Assembly (NCBI GenBank): GCA_002269645.1
Contig: NIVC01000903.1
Location: 396,459-460,458 of the forward strand
Direction of reading: 5' to 3'
DNA length: 64,000 bases
Origin: Macrostomum lignano
Lineage: Eukaryota
Notes under the pieces: model-generated
The model's database searches: none
Seen by the model: the letters and a program-made list of their open reading frames with translations, nothing else
Told to the model about the DNA's origin: nothing
Part shown: positions 24,569 to 36,800 of the stretch, in pieces
Position numbering within the stretch: the stretch's first letter is position 1
How the letters are laid out: each line of letters opens with the position of its first letter
Program-made: the position numbers and the translations under genes

Positions 24569-25093
24569 TATATTTATATTGCTATATAGTAAATTTCATA
24601 AGTTATTTCATAAGTCCAAAGTTGTATACACTAACACTGTGTATGCATGTATTGTAGGAACTAATATGCATTGAAGTGGAATCAATAATAATTGATTACA
24701 ATTATGGCTTAGGAGTACCTGCAAGCAATATTCTTATTACAAATTCTCGATTCAAGAATGAACAAAACAAAAAGTTAAGCATCTATGAAATTGGCCTCTT
24801 AAAAAACTGATACGATCTTTATAAACTTTATGTTTTGCTATACTAAATGATTATAAAATGACCAATACTTTCAATGAAATATCGATTATTACGAAAAAAA
24901 TAAGTTTCACTTTGTTAAAGTGAAATTGGAATTACCACTGCTGAGTCCGCTTTGCCCCAGACGGGAGCAGCAAAGCGAAGCGGCCTCCAGTGCCGTTTCG
25001 CCGGTCAAGCAGCAGCGCGCCGCTGTCAGGCCCTGGTAGATTAAAGAGCGCAGTTGCTAACTCTAGGCTATTTTAAATAAGCCTAGGGCGGGC

Positions 25094-28000
25094 ATGTCAG
25101 CCACGGACCAGTCAGGCACCGCGGTTGTCGAGGCCGCGAAGCCGTTAGCCACACATTGCCGGCACGTGCAGAATTTGATTAACCTGACAGTTGACAAAGA
25201 GCTGATCCCGCTGCGCCGGCTCTGCTCGCAGATGGGCCAGGCCCGGGCCCCGCCCGCCGAGTGTCAGCAGGCCGAGGCCAAGCTGTGCGCATTCTACGCC
25301 GATCAACTGTGCGCCCTGAGCCGGATGCCGCCGGAGGAGGCCGCCGAGGTGCGCCAGTCCTGCGCTATACCGAAGACTGACCAGTGGCTGATGCACGTTG
25401 TTGAATTGGAGGAGCGAGCGGTGCTGCAGGTTTGTGTTTTATACCTGATTAGTGTCACTCATACTGGTCACTCTGGTCAGTCATACTGGTCACTCTGGTC
25501 AATCATACTGGTCACTCGGGTCAGTCATACTGGTCACTCGGGTCAGTCATACTGGTCACACGGGTCAGTCATACTGGTCACTCTGGTCAATCATACTGGT
25601 CACTCGGGTCAATCATACTGGTCACTCTGGTCAATCATACTGGTCACTCGGGTCAGTCATACTGGTCACTCGGGTCAGTCATACTGGTCACTCTGGTCAA
25701 TCATACTGGTCACTCGGGTCAGTCATACTGGTCACTCTGGTCAATCATACTGGTCACTCGGGTCAGTCATACTGGTCACACGGGTCAGTCATACTGGTCA
25801 CTCTGGTCAATCATACTGGTCACTCGGGTCAGTCATACTGGTCACTCTGGTCAATCATACTGGTCACTCGGGTCAGTCATACTGGTCACTCGGGTCAGTC
25901 ATACTTGTCACTCTGGTCAATCATACTGGTCACTCGGGTCAGTCATACTGGTCACTCTGGTCAATCATACTGGTCACTCGGGTCAGTCATACTGGTCACT
26001 CGGGTCAGTCATACTGGTCACTCGGGTCAGTCATACTGGTCACACGGGTCAGTCATACTGGTCACTCGGGTCAGTCATACTGGTCACTCGGGTCAGTCAT
26101 ACTGGTCACTCGGGTGAGCCATACTAGTCACTCGGGTCACTCAGAATAGTCACTCAGTTCACTCATTTCTGATCACTAACGCCATTCATGCTAATCACTC
26201 TAGTCGCAAAGCCATCGTCACCAAACCGCGCACCCGCACAGGTGGTCCGGAACTGGACCCTGCTCGAGCTAGTCCGGCTAGAGAAGCCGCGCCTGCTGGA
26301 GCTGCTGGCCGAGTTGCACACGCCCGAGACCACAGTTGAACGCTGCGTCCGCTGCTATCAGCTTGTGCAGCAGTACTATCACCAGTTCCTTGAGGCGCCA
26401 GACACTCTAGTTGAAGTCGCCTATCCTTCCGTGGCCAGTCCCTGCTCAACCAGTCCCGCCACTCCGCCTCAGGCCGACCAGCTAATGGAAGGCACACCAG
26501 ATGACTCGGACGTTGGCGCAGGCATTGGCAGTGGCGGCGGCGGCGGCACCGGCACCAGTGGTGGCTCAGCTGAAGCAGATTCCGTCGCTGCCGCCTCGCT
26601 GTTGGCATTCGGCGCTGGCGCCGATTCAACTGGCGGCGGCGGCAGCGTCCGCGCCAACGCTGTCGACTCGCCATTGCGCCGCAGTCCCGAGGGCGGCGTC
26701 TCCACGTCGGCGTCAGTGAACAGCGGCTCGCTGCCGGCCACGCCAGGCCCAGCTGGGCCGCAGCAGGCAAACAGGTCGCTGAGCGGCACTCCGCCGCCAG
26801 CCAGCCCGCGCCTGCCGCCGTTCAACATAGTGCACACCAACTATCCGGCGCCTATGACTCGCAGCTCCTCAGTTGAGTCCAACATTCAGAACTATGTTAG
26901 CCGAAGCGCACAGCATAGGCAGAGGAAATCGACGTCGGATTTTCCCGAGCAGCAGGTTGTCGGTGAGTCGGCTGGCGTCGCCTACGGCCACAAATGGGAC
27001 ACCAATAAGCTGTTTAACATTGGCGCCAAGTGCTGCGTCTGCTCCGAGCGAATTCTCAACCATTTGCGCCGGTGCGTCCACTGCAACAAGCGGTGCCACA
27101 AGCGCTGCACCAGCAACGCAGGAGCCTGCAGCTATCACCTGGCCAAGGATCCCAGGGGCCAGCGGGATATCGTTGTTACGTCCTCGACTGCTGCAGCCGC
27201 AGCCGCCGCCGCAGCAGCGGCCTCTGCCGGCGTCGCTCGTGGGGGCGCCGATTCGAGCTCGAATCCCAGCTCGTCGAACACGCCGTCGACGCCGCGCTCG
27301 CCAAGCCAGCTGGCTGGCGGAGGCGGCGGCGGCAGCGGCGGCGGAGGCGGCCACTCTCCGCAGGCGCCTCCTTCCGTGACTAAAGGAGGTGGAGGCGGCG
27401 GGTTCGTTTTCACTTTCCCGCCCAAGTTCGGCGGCAGCGGCGGCGGCGGTGGCGGCGGCGCCCCTGCGAAGATTCAGATCATGCCGGACGAAGAGAGCTG
27501 GAGCAGCAGCTTCGGGCCGGAGGTGTCCGGCGACTATACCGACGGTACAGCGGCGGGCGATCTAGTGAAGAAATGGGAGATCCCCTTCGACGAGCTGGTG
27601 ATCCGGGAGCTGCTGGGAACCGGCAATTTCTGCAGCGTACATCGCGGCCAGTGGCACGGCGAGGTGGCGGTGAAATTTCTGCGCAAACCGCGCGACACCG
27701 CCTCGGCCGAGTTCGACGAAGAGGCCGGCCGGGCCGTCCTGCAGACCTTCAAGCTGGACGTTAAGAAGGCCGCCCTGACCCGGCACGAGAATCTGGCCCT
27801 GTTCCTTGGCGCCTGTCTGGATCCCAAGAATCTGTGCATTGTAACGGCTCTGTGCAAAGGCCACAGTCTGTACCATGAGCTGCGGGAACAGCCAACAAGT
27901 CAGGCAAGGTTCACTGTCACCAGGTGCGTAGCGGTGGCCCAGCAGATTGTGCAGGGCATGGGCTACCTGCACGCCAGGGACATTGTGCACGCCGATCTGC

Positions 28001-29472
28001 GTTCCAAGAATGTATTCATCGAGTTCATGTCTAACAATGCCGTGAAAGCTGTAATCACGGACTATGCGCTGTTTAATTGGACTCGAATGGCCGAGGCAAC
28101 TCGCAAAGGCCCGGCCTGTCTGCAGGTGCCACCTGGCTGGCTCTGCTACCTGGCACCGGAGCTGCTGCGCTGTCTGCAGGGCGGCATGAAGACCATGCAC
28201 TTCTCTAAGGAGACTGACGTGTTCGCGTTTGGGTAAGCGATTGATAGCACTGTTACAGGGTCAGCCAGTGTGTTACTAGGTCAGTCAGGTGATTATATGG
28301 GTCAGTGTGTTACTGAGTCATAAGATGAGTCAACCATGTAACGGATGTGAGTAGATAGTTTCTCTAACTTATTAGATGGATTATCCAAGTATATGGATCT
28401 AAGTTACCCAGGAGTATAGATCAGGTTATCCATGAGTATAGATCAGGTTATCCATGAGTATAGATCAGGTTATCCAGGAGTATAGATCAGGTTATCCAGG
28501 AGTATAGATCAGGTTATCCAGGAGTATAGATCAGGTTATCCATGAGTATAGATCAGGTTATCCAGGAGTATAGATCAGGTTATCCAAGAGTATAGATCAG
28601 GTTATCCAGGAGTATAGATCAGGTTATCCAGGAGTATAGATCAGGTTATCCAGGAGTATAGATCAGGTTATCCAGGAGTATAGATCAGGTTATCCAAGTG
28701 TATAGATCAGGTTACCCAGGTGTATAGATCAGGTTATCCAAGTGTATAGATCATGTTATCCATGAGTATAGATCATGTTATCCAAGTGTATAGATCAGGT
28801 TATCCATGAGTATAGATCAGGTTATCCAGGAGTATAGATCAGGTTATCCATGAGTATAGATCAGGTTATCCATTAGTATAGTTCAGGTTATCCATGCGTA
28901 TAGATCAGGTTATCCAAGTGTATAGATCAGGTTACCGGGGTGATATAGATCAGGTTACCCAGGTGTATAGATCAGGTTACCGGGGTGATATAGATCAGGT
29001 TACCCAGGTGTATAGATCAGGTTTCCCAAGTAATTAGATCTGATGATTCGATTAGTCAGCACAGCAATTAGACGGGAACAAACAGTTGTTACTAATCCCT
29101 GGTAACTTCAGCACCCTATGGTACGAGCTGATGACCAAGCAGTGGCCCTACAAACGCCTGGCTGTCGAAGCAATCATCTGGAAAGCTGGCAATGGCATCA
29201 TGCAGAGCCTTGGAGACATCGGCCTGCCGTCCAACTACAAGGTGAGTCTCATCATTGTCCGCGCATAATCAAAACGCCCAAGAAGTGCATTAAAACACAT
29301 TAATCAAAACCCCAACCAAATACAGGAAATCGTGCTCAAGTGTTGGACCTTCGAGAAGACCCAACGGCCGCAGTTCGCCGACCTATTCAAGCTGATTAAC
29401 AATTTGCCAAAAATTGGCCGCAGTCCGAGCTTTCCTGTGCGCTTCTCAAAGAGCCACGACAACTTGGCGTAG
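25094..29472 (+). CDS. KSR: Kinase suppressor of Ras (KSR) scaffold/pseudokinase. Exons 25094-25429, 26242-28232, 29112-29241, 29326-29472
   Basis: N-terminal CA1/CC-SAM-like segment (CRHVQNLINLTV..EAKLCAFYADQL). C1 zinc finger (HKW..CCVC..CVHCNKRCHKRC..C). RSSS 14-3-3-like site and FTFP ERK-docking motif. RAF-like kinase domain (WEIPFDEL, GQWHGEVAVK, RHENLALFLGAC, WLCYLAPEL). All junctions are GT-AG and phase-consistent. Confidence 0.92.
25452..26180. repeat. KSR intron 1 minisatellite, 22-bp unit (GGTCAGTCATACTGGTCACTCG)
   Basis: About 31 copies, starting ~22 nt after the donor. Confidence 0.97.
28400..29035. repeat. KSR intron 2 minisatellite, 22-bp unit (TAGATCAGGTTATCCAGGAGTA)
   Basis: About 28 copies. 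Confidence 0.97.
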
Positions 29473-29893
29473 GAATTCCAGAAGTTATAATTAAATTTAA
29501 GGCTAGCGTTAGTGCTGCCGTGTTTATTAGAATTCTATAATATGTGGAGTTATTGCAATTGCTGTCCTTTTTTATTTTGACTTAATTCTACTAGCTTTTA
29601 GTAATTGTCTCTGTCTCCATGGACTCGCTGTTGTGTACAATATTAATTAATATTAAACAGACATGCTATTTCTGACTTCATTGTATTGCGTAAAATTTAT
29701 TTATTAATACCGTATGCGCCTGTTCACCTGATCGACGACTGCAGGTGTGAATGTTATTAGCCTTTTCAGAATTAGCCAATGATATAAAATCAAAATAAAT
29801 AGACAATATGCACTACTTAACAGACAGTAGTTTAAAAGCATATTATGCCAGACCCCAATTCTGCAGTCGACTGCCTGACTCCGCTTGTCTTTA

Positions 29894-30332
29894 GCACAGA
29901 TACTAGAATAACTAGATGGGCCACTCAGCACATTTGCGTGTTAAGCTACTTTCAGTTCAGTAGCAAGTTATACAGAAGCATTTAAATGTGTTTTTAAAGC
30001 GAAAGCTCATTTATTGGCTCTTACCCCAGCTTAAACCCTCCAACCGCGCTTTTCCACACTCCCCCCCCCGCCCCACCCAATTTTTATTGCCTTTCTCGGA
30101 ATTCCACCCTAAAGCTGCCATGTACATTTCAGTGGACTGGCCAATGTACATTATTGCTGAACCAATTAGCAAGCTGTTTACGCCTGCAAGCTTGGGCTTC
30201 TAAACTTATCAAATTCATTTCAGCTGCCTTGATTTTTATAAAATAGCTTATGTATTCTTCCTTGCTACTGAACTGAAGTAGAAAGCTGTTTTACTAAGTA
30301 TATGTGCCTGAGTGGCCCATCTAGCTATTTCT
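29894..30332. mobile_element. Dispersed non-autonomous repeat with subterminal inverted repeats
   Basis: CTAGATGGGCCACTCAGCACAT / ATGTGCCTGAGTGGCCCATCTAG and CTACTTTCAGTTCAGTAGCAAG / CTTGCTACTGAACTGAAGTAG form inverted pairs. 29894-30180 matches 58200-58492 in reverse orientation. Confidence 0.7.
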
Positions 30333-31564
30333 CTTTTAGTTGGTCTTTAGTAGGCCACTACTGCTGCTGGATTTTATAGTACATTTACGTATATTTACTG
30401 ACGTTGTTTATATGTAAGTTTTTATTGCTTGGGTTCATTGCTAAAGCTGTTAATTTCTTAATTGATTGTTGCGATTGAGTACTTTTTTTTCAAAGCAGTC
30501 TACTCAGTCTGCACTTTTACAAAACGAACTTAATTCAAGCTATTAGCACAATATTTTTGAATGAATTACTCTGCATACAATAGGTGATTGATAGCCAAAA
30601 TTAGACATTACACTGATCCCCTCTGACTCTCGCACTAATCCAGTAAGTTCCTACTTATAGTAGTTAAAATGATCTGCTTAGCAACTCTGTCCTGTGATTC
30701 ATTTATTTGTGTTGCCTCGAGTCTGTCTTTGGTTCTGTTTTGCTACTATTGTTCCTGTTATATAGTCGGGAGATTGTATGATGTATAGTTTTCGTAATCG
30801 GCCATCTGTTCCGCGCAATTTTATTGTTATCCAGCCCCTTGTTTGTTTATTGTCTTGGATTATATTGTGTGTGTGTCTGTTTTTTTTGCGCACGCCTTTG
30901 CGCTTGTGCTTAGAACGCAAGCGCTTTGTACTTTTATAAAGCTGTCCGAAATTCCACCCACAACGATGCTGTCTCATATTTAGAAGCGCTACCTACATGT
31001 ATGTGTGACAATTGCTATCTTCTCAATTGTCTAGGTTTTTTCCTTCTGTTCTTTTTTGCGAGTTCGTTGTCAAAAAATCAGTACGCGTCGACTTACGCTA
31101 CTCTCAGTTCTGCGAGCAGTAAAACACACACCGTGTTGTCTTTTTATTCTACAACTCAGCGCGTTTCGGATCCTCATTTTTACTATTGGATTTGGTATTG
31201 TGCCTCCATTAACTTTCTCAGCGCAGCGTGTTTGTCTGTCCGTCTACCTGTCTGTCTGTCTGCCTGCCTGCCTGTCTGTGCCTGTCTGTCATTCCTGTGT
31301 TTCATTCGAGCCCTGCACGCATCGCTCTTCTTGCTAATGGCACTTTATATTAAAAGCTGGACAAAAGCTGATCCAAATATTTTGTTGGTGTCCCATAATT
31401 CTGTATTATCAGTACCAAATTAAAATCGATTCGGTTTGAGTCTTATTGAGCCTTTATTTCTTAAATCAGTTCAATGCCAGTCGGTATTACGCTAGAATGA
31501 AAAGGCAATAAATACCCGAAATATTGTCTAATTGGGTGAATTAAATGGGTTCATTTAATTGGGA

Positions 31565-32270
31565 GGTGGTTGCAGTGTACAGCTGGCTGGGCCAGAGAGT
31601 GAGGTGGTTGCAGTGCACAGCTGGCTGGGCCAGGGAGTGAGGTGGTTGCAGTGTACAGCTGGCTGGGCCAGGGAGTGAGGTGGTTGCAGTGTACGGCTAG
31701 CTGGGCCAGGGAGTGAGGTGGTTGCAGTGTACGGCTAGCTGGGTCAGGGAGTGAGGTGGTTGCAGTGTACAGCTGGCTGGGCCAGGGAGTGAGGTGGTTG
31801 CAGTGTCAATCTGACTAAGGTAGGGGGTAAGGTCATTGCTGCCAATATAACAGCTGGCTGGGCCAGGGAGTGAGGTGGTTGCAGTGTACAGCTGGCTGGG
31901 CCAGGGAGTGAGGTGGTTGCAGTGTACGGCTAGCTGGGCCAGGGAGTGAGGTGGTTGCAGTGTACGGCTAGCTGGGCCAGGGAGTGAGGTGGTTGCAGTG
32001 TACGGCTAGCTGGGCCAGGGAGTGAGGTGGTTGCAGTGTACAGCTGGCTGGGCCAGGGAGTGAAGTAGTTGCAGTGTACATCTGGCTGGGCCAGGGAGTG
32101 AGGTGGTTGCAATGTACAGCTAGCTGGGCCAGGGAGTGAGGTGGTTGCAGTGTACAGCTGGCTGGGCCAGGGAGGGAGGTGGTTGCAGTGTCCATCTGAC
32201 TAAGGTAGGGGGTAAGGTCATTGCTGCCAATATAACATCTGGCTGAGGCAGGGAGTGAGGTTTGGCTGCA
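31565..32270. repeat. Minisatellite, 38-bp unit (GGGAGTGAGGTGGTTGCAGTGTACAGCTGGCTGGGCCA)
   Basis: Tandem copies with a ~47-bp insert duplicated at ~31806 and ~32192. Confidence 0.95.
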
Positions 32271-32806
32271 GTGTGTCATCGTAAAGCAGGAAGCAATGGG
32301 ACGGCAGAGCCACGAACGGCAGAACATGGCACGCTATTATTTATTGAATAAAACGACATCAAACAGCCTTATGAGATTGCTATATGTTAGGCGCAGTGTT
32401 ACTGTTTAGCTATTTATTTATTAAGAACGGATATGCCGTACAGGTGTGTGTGCCGTAATCGATTTACATAAAATTACTGCCAGCTAGCAGTTGCAGTTTG
32501 CCTCGATAGGTAGATTGCAGTCTATTACGAGTATTAAATCTGTGAAAAATGAATTGCTAGTGCGTTGAATTCGTTTTGCAAAGCTTTCTTAAACTTCATA
32601 AAGTTCCCGTGTTTAAAAAAACATTCGAAACGCGCCTTGATAAAAAAGACATCTCTGAATGAATATTTGCCAACTGATGCGATTTTATAATCGTTTTAAA
32701 TTTGCTAATGCTATAAGATTGGCTGGCATTACACGAATGATGCACACGTACTGTTTGCTTGATTATATGGTTTTTGCAGTCCACTGCCGCTAGCCCTCCG
32801 AGCTCA

Positions 32807-33815
32807 CTAGAAATCATTGTCCCATCCAGAAATCTCGTCGGGCGGAATGCTGACCCGGGGTTCGAATTTGTCAAAGTTTGACGCATCGTTTGGTCCTCGA
32901 ATCTAAAGTATTAGAAAACCAATGTCTTTTAATGCGGTTTTTGTTTTTATGCAAGTGTTGCGGTGTTGAAGTACGAATTGAGGTGGGTATTAATGCAGGG
33001 AGTTGAGGTGGGTGTTAAGCCAGGGAGTGAGTTGGGTGATCAGGCACGGAGTGAGGTGGGTGTTCAGGAACGGAGTGAGGTGGGTGTTTCGGAACGGAGT
33101 GAGGTGGGTGTTCAGGAACGGAGTGAGCTGGGTGTTCAGGAACGGAGTGAGCTGGGTGTTCAGGAACGGAGTGAGGTGGATGTTCAGGTACGGAGTGAGG
33201 TGGATCAGGCACGGAGTGAGGTGGATGTTCAGGTACGGAGTGAGGTGGATCAGGCACGGAGTGAGCTGGGTGTTTAGGAACGGAGTGAGGTGGGTGATCA
33301 GGCACGGAGTGAGGTGGATGTTCAAGTACGGAGTGAGGTGGGTGTTCAGGAACGGAGTGAGGTGGGTGTTAAGCTAGGGAGTGAGGTGGGTGTTCAGGCA
33401 CTGAATGAGCTGGGTTAATTTCACTAAGGAAGAGTTTATCAGAAAAGGTAAACTCTAAAATCCAAAAGCTACGCCACCCAACCTTAGGCCGCAGTGGCGG
33501 CACGATGGACATTCGTCGAAGTCCGGCCCAGTCGAAGCCTTGGAACCACTTGTGCTTCCTGACGTCGGCGATGCCGCCACTACCGCTGCCGAGCCGTTCG
33601 GAGGGCGATTCCTTGCATAGGCGCTTGATCAAGGCCCTGGCGCTCTTGCCAACCACCGGTGGGAATTCTACGGCTCCGATGCCGCGTAGGATGGCGCCGT
33701 AGATTTTCATGGAGTCTGGCGCCGTGAATGGCGGACTGCGGTTTTAGGAGGGATATGTGGCTGGCATTTAGCTGGTGAGGTCATTAGACAGTATCGGGAG
33801 CTCTACTTGTGCTCT

Positions 33816-33874
<59 letters not shown>

Positions 33875-36800
33875 GATATGGTGGAGTGTCGGTGTTATGA
33901 AGTGTCGATATGATAAGTTTCGGTGTTATGGAGTGTCGATATGATGGAGTGTCGATATGATAGAGTGTCGGTGTTATGGAGTGTCGATATGATAAGTGTC
34001 GGTGTTATGGAGTGTCGATATGATAAGTGTCGGTGTTATGGAGTGTCGATATGATGGAGTGTCGATATGATGGAGTATCGGTGTTATGGAGTGTCGATAT
34101 GATGGAGTGTCGGTGTTATGGAGTGTCGATATGATGGAGTGTCGGTGTTATGGAGTGTCGATATGATGGAGTGTCGGTGTTATGGAGTGTCGATATGATG
34201 GAGTGTCGATATGATGGAGTGTCGGTGTTATGAAGTGTCGATATGATAAGTGTCGGTGTTATGGAGTGTCGATATGATAAGTGTCGGTGTTATGGAGTGT
34301 CGATATGATAAGTGTCGGTGTTATGGAGTGTCGATATGATTGAGTGTCGATATGATGGAGTGTCGGTGTTATGGAGTGTCGATATGATGGAGTGTCGGTG
34401 TTATGGAGTGTCGATATGATGGAGTGTCGATATGATGGAGTATCGGTGTTATGGAGTGTCGATATGATGGAGTGTCGGTGTTATGGAGTGTCGATATGAT
34501 GGAGTGTCGGTGTTATGGAGTGTCGATATGATAAGTGTCGGTGTTATGGAGTGTCGATATGATGGACTGTCGGTGTTATGGAGTGTCGATATGATAAGTG
34601 TCGGTGTTATGGAGTGTCGATATGATAAGTGTCGGTGTTATGGAGTGTCGATATGATAAGTGTCGATATGATGGAGTGTCGGTGTTATGGAGTGTCGATA
34701 TGATGGAGTGTCGGTGTTATGGAGTGTCGATATGATGGAGTGTCGATATGATGGAGTGTCGGTGTTATGGAGTGTCGATATGATGGAGTGTCGGTGTTAT
34801 GAAGTGTCGATATGATAAGTGTCGGTGTTATGGAGTGTCGATATGATAAGTGTCGGTGTTATGGAGTGTCGATATGATGGAGTGTCGGTGTTATGAAGTG
34901 TCGATATGATAAGTGTCGGTGTTATGGAGTGTCGATATGATAAGTGTCGGTGTTATGGAGTGTCGATATGATAAGTGTCGGTGTTATGGAGTGTCGATAT
35001 GATTGAGTGTCGATATGATGGAGTGTCGGTGTTATGGAGTGTCGATATGATGGAGTGTCGGTGTTATGGAGTGTCGATATGATGGAGTGTCGGTGTTATG
35101 GAGTGTCGATATGACAAGTGTCGGTGTTATGGAGTGTCGATATGATAAGTGTCGGTGTTATGGAGTGTCGATATGATAAGTGTCGGTGTTATGGAGTGTC
35201 GATATGATAAGTGTCGGTGTTATGGAGTGTCGATATGATGGACTGTCGGTGTTATGGAGTGTCGATATGATAAGTGTCGGTGTTATGGAGTGTCGATATG
35301 ATAAGTGTCGGTGTTATGGAGTGTCGATATGATAAGTGTCGGTGTTCTGGAGTGTCGATATGATAAGTGTCGGTGTTATGGAGTGTCGATATGATAAGTG
35401 TCGGTGTTATGGATTGTCGATATGATGGAGTGTCGATATGATGGAGTGTCGGTGTTATGGAGTGTCGGTGTTATGGAGTGTCGATATGATGGAGTGTCGG
35501 TGTTATGGAGTGTCGATATGATGGAGTGTCGATATGATGGAGTATCGGTGTTATGGAGTGTCGATATGATGGAGTGTCGGTGTTATGGAGTGTCGATATG
35601 ATAAGTGTCGGTGTTATGGAGTGTCGATATGATGGAGTGTCGGTGTTATGGAGTGTCGATATGATAAGTTTCGGTGTTATGGAGTGTCGGTAAGCCTGTG
35701 TCGGTGCGAAGTCCGTCAGCGTGTACAAGCTCATTACTGCCTCACCTGCCGGTGAGGAGCTCAAACAGCAGGATGCCAATCTGCCAGATGTCGGTGGGGA
35801 AGCTGTGGCCCTTGTTGAGAATGACCTCCGGGCTGACGTACTCTGGGGTGCCGCAGAAGGTCCACGTCTTCTTTCCCGGCCCGATCGCTTTAGCGAAGCC
35901 GAAGTCGCACTGCAGTGGATAAAAATAAATTCAGCATGGCTACTTTTTTACAACTTTTGACTGATCTTAGCCGTAACTCCTCAGAATCCAAATGATAACC
36001 CATCAGAATCCGCCTCAGAATCCATCAGAATCCACCTCAAAATCCGCCTCAGAATCCCCCTCAGAATCCATCAGAATCCACCTCAAAATCCACCTCAAAA
36101 TCCACCTCAAAATCCACCTCAAAATTCGCCTCAGAATCCCCCTCAGAATCCATCAGAATCCACCTCAAAATCCGCCTCAGAATCCCCCTCAGAATCCATC
36201 AGAATCCACCTCAAAATCCACCTCAAAATTCGCCTCAGAATCCCCCTCAGAATCCATCAGAATCCACCTCAAAATTCGCCTCAGAATCCGCCCCAGAATC
36301 CACCTCAAAATCCATCTCAGAATCCACCTCAGAATCCATCTCAGAATCCATCAAAATCCACCTCAGAATCCATCAAAATCCACCTCAGAATCCATCAAAA
36401 TCCACCTCAGAATCCATCAAAATCCACCTCAGAATCCATCAGAATCCACCTCAGAATCCAAATGATAACCCATCAGAATCCACCTCAGAATCCACCTCTG
36501 AATCCACCCCAGAATTCATCAGAATCCGCCTCAGAATTCATCTGAGATTCCACCTCAATCCACCTCAGAATCCATCAGAATCCACCTCAGAATCCATCAG
36601 AATCCACCTCAGAATCCATCAGATTCCACCTCAGATTCCGCCTCTGAATCCACCTCTGAATCCACCTCAGAATTCACGTGAGATTCCACCCCAATCCACC
36701 TCAGAATCCACCAGAATCCACCTCAGAATTTCTAGTAAACTGAATAGAATCTATCAAAAGTCCAACGCGGAATGCACCGCACAATGTACTAAAAATCTAC

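Noticed and set aside
25430-26187. Read-through of KSR exon 1 into an SHTGHSGQSYW repeat protein (351-aa and 221-aa ORFs)
   Set aside because: Lies within a GT-AG intron whose removal restores the KSR CC-SAM region.
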